IMG/VR virus record: IMGVR_UViG_3300035180_000319 | Span: 1-39,413 of that record | Strand: one strand, 5' to 3' | DNA: 39,413 bases | Source: a virus | Lineage: Duplodnaviria > Caudoviricetes | Program-made: the position numbers and the translations under genes | Part shown: positions 32,992-39,413 of the stretch, piece after piece | How the letters are laid out: the number at the start of each line of letters is the position of its first letter | Numbering within the stretch: the stretch's first letter is position 1 | Notes under the pieces: model-generated | The model's database searches: none | The model's input: the letters and a program-made list of their open reading frames with translations, nothing else | Told to the model about the DNA's origin: nothing

Positions 32992-33449
32992 TGGATACGG
33001 TTATAGATTCCGTAGTAGAGTCTATTGTAGTACAGTCTAATAATACAGATACAGTAGTATCAGATGCATTAACTGCAACTATTAGTAATACTAATATTCA
33101 GAATGTGATAGCCAATACTACTAATACTACTAATGTAGGCACTACTAAAATACAAAATGTATTGGTAGAAATACCAGTACATACAGTAATAACAAGCGGA
33201 TTAACTGGTATACAGGGCCCTCCTGGAATAAATGAGGAAGATATAGTGTATTCAAAACGCACTGATTTTATTGGTGAAGATGTTATATACAAAGGAGAGG
33301 CTGAAGTAGGTTCTTTAACCTCTGCAGCAAGCTGGAGAATAAGAAAGCTCACTATATCTCCTGATGGCGATGTATCAGAGACTTGGGCATCTGGAAATGC
33401 AAACTTTGATAAAATTTGGGATAATAGAGCTTCTCTAGTATACTCATAA
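32991..33449 (+). CDS. Virion structural / fibre-associated protein
   Basis: GTG start coupled to the upstream stop; short G-x-x stretch GLTGIQGPPG; C-terminal YKGEA..G..WRIRK..WA.G..FD..WD.R motif. Confidence 0.6.
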   Translation: MDTVIDSVVESIVVQSNNTDTVVSDALTATISNTNIQNVIANTTNTTNVGTTKIQNVLVEIPVHTVITSGLTGIQGPPGINEEDIVYSKRTDFIGEDVIYKGEAEVGSLTSAASWRIRKLTISPDGDVSETWASGNANFDKIWDNRASLVYS

Positions 33450-33459
33450 AGGAATTGAA

Positions 33460-33672
33460 ATGATTTTAGCACAAAGTAGTTTGACAATGATTGGCCTTAA
33501 TACCACTACACCCCAAGTATTTTGGAAGGGACAATTAGTCGCAGGTATTACTAGTATTAGAGTGGATTGGGAAAATGATGAGCAGCGCGTTACTTTACGT
33601 GTTAATACTAGTAACCCAGAACTTTATACAGAAATGAGTGCAGCAGGTATAAAAATTAGGGAACTAAAATGA
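33460..33672 (+). CDS. Hypothetical protein
   Basis: AAGGA RBS, in operon. Confidence 0.7.
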   Translation: MILAQSSLTMIGLNTTTPQVFWKGQLVAGITSIRVDWENDEQRVTLRVNTSNPELYTEMSAAGIKIRELK

Positions 33673-33887
33673 GTGAGTTTTTGTTAGTCATCCCAGAAGG
33701 TTGGATACAGCTTGACTGGGATTATATCACCAATAATATACAAGGTATGAGTGCGGATAACGTAAATGGAGCACCGCTATCAGTTATCGAGGAGAACTTG
33801 AAACTAGGCGGAATTATTGCACCGGAATCTTCATTAGTAGAGTTTAAATTAATAGATAATACCTATTTTATTATTAGACTTGGTTAA
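33669..33887 (+). CDS. Hypothetical protein
   Basis: ATGA overlap with the upstream gene. Confidence 0.7.
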   Translation: MSEFLLVIPEGWIQLDWDYITNNIQGMSADNVNGAPLSVIEENLKLGGIIAPESSLVEFKLIDNTYFIIRLG

Positions 33888-33893
33888 TACGAG

Positions 33894-36482
33894 ATGACTG
33901 CCTACGTTTTAGCAAATAATGCTACTTTAAGAGATATTGGTAATGCTGCTATCTGGGGTGTAACGACGGCTCGTGGCACATCGGGTGATACGATAGATAC
34001 CAATGGATTCAACTTCACGCAGGATCAGGACAATCGCTACGGACTAAGTGGCAATACCAGCGCGATCTGGTCAACCCTGACAATTAATGCAACTAAAGGT
34101 GGGCAGCTTAATTTCGATGGTCGTTATGTACGTATGATACCGTTCGACACGGGTAGTGGTACTATCACACTTGGTGCATCGATCACAGTAGGCTCGGCCA
34201 CAGCCAATGTAATTGGCATATATACCTCACTTACCACAGCGCCAGCGACCACAGGAACATCCGGCTGGATTAAGGTAACTAACTGGAATAGTGTAGCTTT
34301 TCCAACGTCTGGAACTTACACACAGGCAGGCTTCACCTTCAATATTACGGGCCCATCTATAGTCGGCTTTATCGAGGTGAATGGACTAGAGTCCTCCACC
34401 GTTAACGCCAATCGGCTAGGCTCGGTCAATATCACGGGCGAGTGGTTTGAAGTCGGCCTGACCAACGGCACGTCCAATCAGACGATGCAGATACCAAACA
34501 ATGGGCTAACGTGCTGGCATCCAGGTGTATTCATTGAGACAACCGCAGGCTCTGGCGTATTCGAGTTTTATCCGAATAATGGTACTAATACCACCACCGG
34601 AACGGAAGCCACTCGCGGTAAGGTGGTATGGATTGACAACACTGGATTGGTGCGTATCGGAAACTCCGGCTCAGCTACTAACGGCTATACACCCGTTGCT
34701 GGCCTGCGCGTAGTGATCGGCAACGTGTTCTTCAACAACGTAGGATCGACACTTACTGCTAATACCATCCCGAATGCCACCTTAGCCACGCGCCATAGCT
34801 TCACTACTACCGGTGGCGGCGTAATTAATATCGACAAGTGTTCGATGGGATGGTACTTATCCTGCTCACAGGCGTACTCGGTAGCATTGAGCAACAGTTG
34901 CTTCTCTGACGCGATACTGCTGTCTGAAGTAGCATCACCAATGACTGTTACTAAAGTCGGCGTTGGTAATAAACCTACTACAGCACTAATAACAACAGCC
35001 CTGACGCTGCAATATTGCTATGCAGGAGGAACTTTTACTGATTGTGTGTGGCAAAAAGCATCTGGTGCTTCTGCGGGTAACGTAGTTGCCATTACCGATA
35101 TTGCTGGATTTACCTTCGTGCGGGATAAGGTTCAGTCCATGGTTATTATGGGTAACGTAGGAGCACTATCGCACAGTGTCACCCGTGCCAAGAACTGTAC
35201 CTGGACAACTCCCACAGTAATTCTAGGTGGGATGTCCTTTATCACCTGCGATACTATCAACGTCACCGATATGATCTACTGCGGTGCGCCATCAGGAACC
35301 ACGGTCACAACCTATGCTACTTATGCATGGTACATGTCACTGAATAGCACCAATATTACGCTCTCTGGCCTGACGTGGCCGGTGACTAATACGCACCCTT
35401 ATGCCGGAATAATGTCAGCAGCTACAGGTTGCTCTAAGATCAGATTACGCAACATTGGTACTTATAGTGCTCCGCTCACGATGGGCAGCACAAATAGCTG
35501 TGGCATCATCTATTCATTGGCTACCAATTGCTCTGACATTAAAATCCAACGTGTCTATGTGTCAGCAACTCGTACCGGCATTATGAGTGGTGATAACTCT
35601 AACCATGAAGTCACTGAGGAAAACGTATGGGGGGACTATGCTGATGCAGTGGACATTATGGCCGTACTTAATATGAAGCGCAAGGGCATGGGTGGCACAG
35701 GTGCATTGACGGCTCAGGTGTCTGTCTACGGTACGCACTGGTGCGATAGCCATACAAGCACTACAGGAGGACGTATCGCCATTCTGATGAACGAGGCTAC
35801 CGCGCTAACCGCCCCACAAGTGACATTGACAGGAGGTGCGGCCTTCACTTCAGCAGGTGGTTTATACATGCCGGTAGTAGGCCAAACAGCCACATTCGAG
35901 ATGCCGGAATACATAATAGGGCATACTGGCTTTGCTAACTCTGCACTAGTGATGGCCGGCGGCACGGCGACTAACTATACCTATGAATACGCTATAGATA
36001 AAAACGATGGTAATGGTTTTAGTCCCCTGACCGCTGTTGGTCAGAATGACTACACAGCAACCACCCTCGGAACAGCGCTGAATGGGATTACAGGTATTGA
36101 TGCTAGCAAGGGATTTAAGCTCAAGCTCAAGATCACTACCGGTACGGCTAACACCTCGGCAATTACTAGCGTCTATATGCTCACGACCAGCACAACGACG
36201 ACGCAGGCATATCAGTACCCATTAGACCTTATTACATTGACCCTAACTGGTCTAGTTACAGGATCTGATATTGTAGTTCTTAACGCCGGAACTACAACTG
36301 AACGTATTAACGTAGATGCAAATCCTGGCTCAACTTACTCCTACGTTTACTCAACTACAGGAAATGTGGATATTGGAATATTTAAAGCAGGGTATGTTCC
36401 ATTTTATATTCGTAACTACCCTCTTGGTGCTACTGCTGCATCCTTACCAGTAGCACAGGTTGTTGATAGGAACTATGCATAA
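33894..36482 (+). CDS. Large tailspike/fibre-like protein with probable beta-helix
   Basis: 862 aa, Thr/Gly/Asn-rich, central repeating beta pattern with Cys/Asn, Ig-like C-terminus. Confidence 0.6.
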   Translation: MTAYVLANNATLRDIGNAAIWGVTTARGTSGDTIDTNGFNFTQDQDNRYGLSGNTSAIWSTLTINATKGGQLNFDGRYVRMIPFDTGSGTITLGASITVGSATANVIGIYTSLTTAPATTGTSGWIKVTNWNSVAFPTSGTYTQAGFTFNITGPSIVGFIEVNGLESSTVNANRLGSVNITGEWFEVGLTNGTSNQTMQIPNNGLTCWHPGVFIETTAGSGVFEFYPNNGTNTTTGTEATRGKVVWIDNTGLVRIGNSGSATNGYTPVAGLRVVIGNVFFNNVGSTLTANTIPNATLATRHSFTTTGGGVINIDKCSMGWYLSCSQAYSVALSNSCFSDAILLSEVASPMTVTKVGVGNKPTTALITTALTLQYCYAGGTFTDCVWQKASGASAGNVVAITDIAGFTFVRDKVQSMVIMGNVGALSHSVTRAKNCTWTTPTVILGGMSFITCDTINVTDMIYCGAPSGTTVTTYATYAWYMSLNSTNITLSGLTWPVTNTHPYAGIMSAATGCSKIRLRNIGTYSAPLTMGSTNSCGIIYSLATNCSDIKIQRVYVSATRTGIMSGDNSNHEVTEENVWGDYADAVDIMAVLNMKRKGMGGTGALTAQVSVYGTHWCDSHTSTTGGRIAILMNEATALTAPQVTLTGGAAFTSAGGLYMPVVGQTATFEMPEYIIGHTGFANSALVMAGGTATNYTYEYAIDKNDGNGFSPLTAVGQNDYTATTLGTALNGITGIDASKGFKLKLKITTGTANTSAITSVYMLTTSTTTTQAYQYPLDLITLTLTGLVTGSDIVVLNAGTTTERINVDANPGSTYSYVYSTTGNVDIGIFKAGYVPFYIRNYPLGATAASLPVAQVVDRNYA

Positions 36483-36661
36483 TGAATTTACAGATAATTT
36501 CCTCTACAGATGGTAAGTTCCTAATGAAACTTATTACTGATACCATACCAATTTTATTGGGAGATTATGAATTTATCCCCGATTATCCCCCAATTCCTCT
36601 TGCAGATAAAGAGTGGAGATTTTACAATTCAAATTATTCAATAGATGTTAGAGAGGTATAA
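36482..36661 (+). CDS. Hypothetical protein, 59 aa (not in ORF track)
   Basis: Manual translation MNLQIISSTDGKFLMKLITD...NYSIDVREV; TAATG overlap; fills the gap. Confidence 0.7.
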   Translation: MNLQIISSTDGKFLMKLITDTIPILLGDYEFIPDYPPIPLADKEWRFYNSNYSIDVREV

Positions 36662-36664
36662 GGC

Positions 36665-38302
36665 ATGGCAAAAATTACCAGTAAAACTGGCTTAGTTGTA
36701 GGTACGGAACTTACTGTAAATACAACAACAAAGAAAATTACACTTAATGTAGCAGGTAATCTAGTAGCAAAAGACGGTGTATCATGGCAGGCACTGTACT
36801 CAAAGATGGTAGATCTATGGACTACTTCAGCATATAACGATTTCCCATTCCCATTTTATGCATTGGACGTATTATCTGGTCAATACTTAATGGGTACAGA
36901 TGGTGCTACGTATAATGGCTGGACGTTCTCTGATGATGCTTCTCGTGGGTATCTACGAGACGGTGGTTGGTCTGAGTATAATGCTAGTGGTGTTCTAGCA
37001 CGTCAATATGCTGGTATGATATCTCTTGGTACTGTATCAGCAGGATCTCAATTATACTACCAAACTACCCCTACAGGTGCTGCAACTAACTTCTTATATA
37101 CTGATGCAGTAAACCAAGGTGTTCAAGTTTACGGGGATAATACGGCGGATTCAACTACAACAACCTTTAATACTCGTACATTCTTCAAAGGATTTGTACG
37201 TGAGTATGCTAAAAAGTATAAGGACTCTGTATTAGCAGATACTGGTAAAACAGGTACTGGTGCTAATATTGTTAACTTACTACTAGCTAATGAAACTGAT
37301 CTAGATATTACTGTTGCTGATGCTGGTATTACTGCATTACCATACTCAGAAATTAATGTAAAGTATTTCCCTACTAGTTTTAATAAAGATATTGATACCT
37401 CTGGAAGTCCTAGAGCATTTGGTATTGTAATAGATGTTGGTACGCACTCAGGTGTTGATGGAACTGGAGCTAGTGGAGCTAGTGCATTGACTAGTGCTGC
37501 TGCTGGTATTAATATTTCTACCTATTATGGTGGTACTCTTACTATACATAATGGAGCAGCTAAGGGTATATATACTATTGCTGGCACCGGAGGCTCAGCT
37601 ACAAGTATTCCAATCACGACTACACTATCAGGTGCCGCCAGCAACGCGTCTTTTACGTTACAACGTGCTGCTCCAGTATCTGCATCATTACAGCAAATCT
37701 ATACTAAGATTCAGTATCAATTACGCCAAAATAGTAATATTAACGGACTTGCTTCTGCTGGAGCAGTGACTGGTAAAACAGGTTCACTACTACTTAACTT
37801 CGTGGGCCCTGCACTGAAAGCTGGCTTCTACGCTCCTACTAATCCTAATGGCGGCGGTAGTGGTGTAACAATTATGGGTTATGCTTCTTCTGATGTTAAT
37901 AGCTTTACATCATATGATAATACAGGTGCAACTCGTGATTATCCATACGCTTCGGCTGGTGCTTTAAATTTTAATGCTAACCTTACAAATGGGGGTACTG
38001 GTTACTACCGTATGTACTTTACTACTAATCCTGCTGGTAACTATGGTACTGCTTCTGCTGTAACAGTAAATGATGCTTCTGGTAGCCCAATTACTGGTAC
38101 TATTACTGGTAGTACTATCAACTTTACCTTTGATTATACAGGTAATGTACAAGGTGGAAGAACTGGTGGTACTGATGCTAATGTTACAGTAGTTGCTGGT
38201 AATGCATCACATGCTAAACCAGTAGTAGCTACAGGAACTATCAGTGCTTCTAAATCGATCTCAATATCATTAGTTGCTGAGACTGACCGCGCTTACGCGT
38301 AA
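36665..38302 (+). CDS. Abundant virion structural / appendage protein
   Basis: 545 aa Thr/Gly/Ala-rich; GAGG RBS; codon usage resembles the capsid and tail tube genes; terminator follows. Confidence 0.6.
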   Translation: MAKITSKTGLVVGTELTVNTTTKKITLNVAGNLVAKDGVSWQALYSKMVDLWTTSAYNDFPFPFYALDVLSGQYLMGTDGATYNGWTFSDDASRGYLRDGGWSEYNASGVLARQYAGMISLGTVSAGSQLYYQTTPTGAATNFLYTDAVNQGVQVYGDNTADSTTTTFNTRTFFKGFVREYAKKYKDSVLADTGKTGTGANIVNLLLANETDLDITVADAGITALPYSEINVKYFPTSFNKDIDTSGSPRAFGIVIDVGTHSGVDGTGASGASALTSAAAGINISTYYGGTLTIHNGAAKGIYTIAGTGGSATSIPITTTLSGAASNASFTLQRAAPVSASLQQIYTKIQYQLRQNSNINGLASAGAVTGKTGSLLLNFVGPALKAGFYAPTNPNGGGSGVTIMGYASSDVNSFTSYDNTGATRDYPYASAGALNFNANLTNGGTGYYRMYFTTNPAGNYGTASAVTVNDASGSPITGTITGSTINFTFDYTGNVQGGRTGGTDANVTVVAGNASHAKPVVATGTISASKSISISLVAETDRAYA

Positions 38303-38308
38303 TAAAAT

Positions 38309-38340
38309 AAACTAAAGCACTTCATAGTGCTTTAGTTTTT
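38309..38340 (+). terminator. Intrinsic terminator
   Basis: AAACTAAAGCACT-TCAT-AGTGCTTTAGTTT then TT. Confidence 0.8.
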
Positions 38341-38355
38341 AATTAAAGGAAAAAT

Positions 38356-39413
38356 ATGTCGGAGCATCACTTAAGATTTCCACCAGATAGTACAGGTAAA
38401 CGTGTAGGACATAGTGTCTACGTGGATGTTGACTTCAATAATGGAACAATTCCATTTATTAGAGGTGAAAGGATATCTTCACCCATTTCATTAGTTAGTG
38501 GCACAATTATTAAAGTTGATGGTAACACACAGAATGGATCAATTTATGTTCTATTGGACAGTGAGTCTCCAGAAACTTTTAGTATTGGTGAAGCCATTCA
38601 GGTCGGAGGCGTAACAAAGGCACTTGCATCTAGTGCCGGTATTCCAATTTATAACCAAATAGTAACAATAGCTGGACAAAATAACCCAAAATCTGGGTTG
38701 CATGTTGATTTTAAAGGGGCAGCATCTGTTCGATTTACAGAAGGCGAACCACAATTTGATGCGTATGGCAGAATGGGTATTTCTGCTCCAGAAACTGTAG
38801 CAGAATATACTCTAAGGTACGATGATCTTGCTAATAAATTTACAACATTATTGACTGGTGGTGGAACATCTACATTTAACGCAACTCAGCACTCTATAGT
38901 ACTTTCTTGCGGTACAGCAAGTGGTGATAAAGTTATTCGTAGATCAAATATATGGCATAAAAACCAAACAGGTATTTCCCAATTAGTCGAAATGTCTGTT
39001 TTGGTGGGCGATTCGGGCAAAACTGGTGTTCGTAGATCTTGGGGGTATTATGATGATAATTCAGGCATTCGTTTTGAATTAGTAAATGATATACTTTATG
39101 CAGTGTGGAGATCAAAAACCTCGGGAAGTTTGCTTGAGATTCGTGTCCCTCAAACTGAATGGAACTTTGATAGACTAGATGGGTCTTTGGGTGAATTTAA
39201 CTTATCGGGTCAAACATTAGACTTGACTAAAATCAATAATTTCTGGGTTGACTTGATGTGCTCGGCCGGGACAGCTCGATGTGGTGTTATTATTGATAAT
39301 GTGCGTATTATTTGTCATAAGTTTGCTATTGGAAATGTATATTCAACAGAGCATTTAATAGTTGGAACTCTTCCTCTTACATGGGAACAGGAAAATATTA
39401 GTTCAACTTCTTC
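38356..39413 (+). CDS. Partial virion structural protein (runs off the window; not in ORF track)
   Basis: AAGGA RBS, MSEHHLRFPPDSTGKRV..., DAYGRMGIS motif, beta-rich; no stop codon seen before the window end. Confidence 0.75.
   Translation, partial: MSEHHLRFPPDSTGKRVGHSVYVDVDFNNGTIPFIRGERISSPISLVSGTIIKVDGNTQNGSIYVLLDSESPETFSIGEAIQVGGVTKALASSAGIPIYNQIVTIAGQNNPKSGLHVDFKGAASVRFTEGEPQFDAYGRMGISAPETVAEYTLRYDDLANKFTTLLTGGGTSTFNATQHSIVLSCGTASGDKVIRRSNIWHKNQTGISQLVEMSVLVGDSGKTGVRRSWGYYDDNSGIRFELVNDILYAVWRSKTSGSLLEIRVPQTEWNFDRLDGSLGEFNLSGQTLDLTKINNFWVDLMCSAGTARCGVIIDNVRIICHKFAIGNVYSTEHLIVGTLPLTWEQENISSTS

Noticed and set aside
28867-39115. Short nested or antisense ORFs in the tail-tip and appendage genes, including 38551-38754 and 38933-39115
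   Set aside because: They overlap longer coupled plus-strand genes; the last two lie within the partial ORF starting at 38356
26917-39413. Diversity-generating retroelement or invertible fibre cassette
   Set aside because: No reverse transcriptase or invertase, and I saw no template/variable repeat pair or flanking inverted sites
1-39413. tRNA/rRNA genes, integrase or att site, alternative genetic code
   Set aside because: No cloverleaf or rRNA-like segment recognised, no integrase ORF, and genes are intact and tightly coupled under the standard code with all three stop codons in use

Overview
A 39.4-kb segment of a lytic T5-related (Demerecviridae-like) siphophage. The host is probably a proteobacterium, inferred from sigma70, IHF, Fur and sigma54 motifs. 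Bases 1-4,400 are a leftward early/pre-early region: DEDDh exonuclease, HAD phosphatase, two SprT-like metalloproteases, small membrane proteins and a T5 A2-like DNA-binding protein. A junction at about 4,430-4,670 (GC-rich hairpin, 9-bp tandem repeat) separates it from a rightward late region: TerS, an inserted TPR-glycosyltransferase, TerL, two homing-type nucleases, T5-like nicking HNH, portal, protease-capsid fusion, head/tail completion, tail tube, frameshifted tail chaperones, a 2,496-aa tape measure, a lambda-J-like tail tip, holin-like genes and a second tail-appendage module that runs off the window. The most unusual signal is non-coding. Four early intergenic gaps each carry a rightward promoter, TTGACA-N17-TAAAAT-TGGCGC, antisense to the genes and back-to-back with a leftward gene promoter. 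No gene follows it. Each copy instead reads into a short palindromic cassette holding a match to a host global-regulator site (IHF, Fur, IHF-like, Fur plus sigma54). All family assignments come from motif recognition by eye, not database searches.
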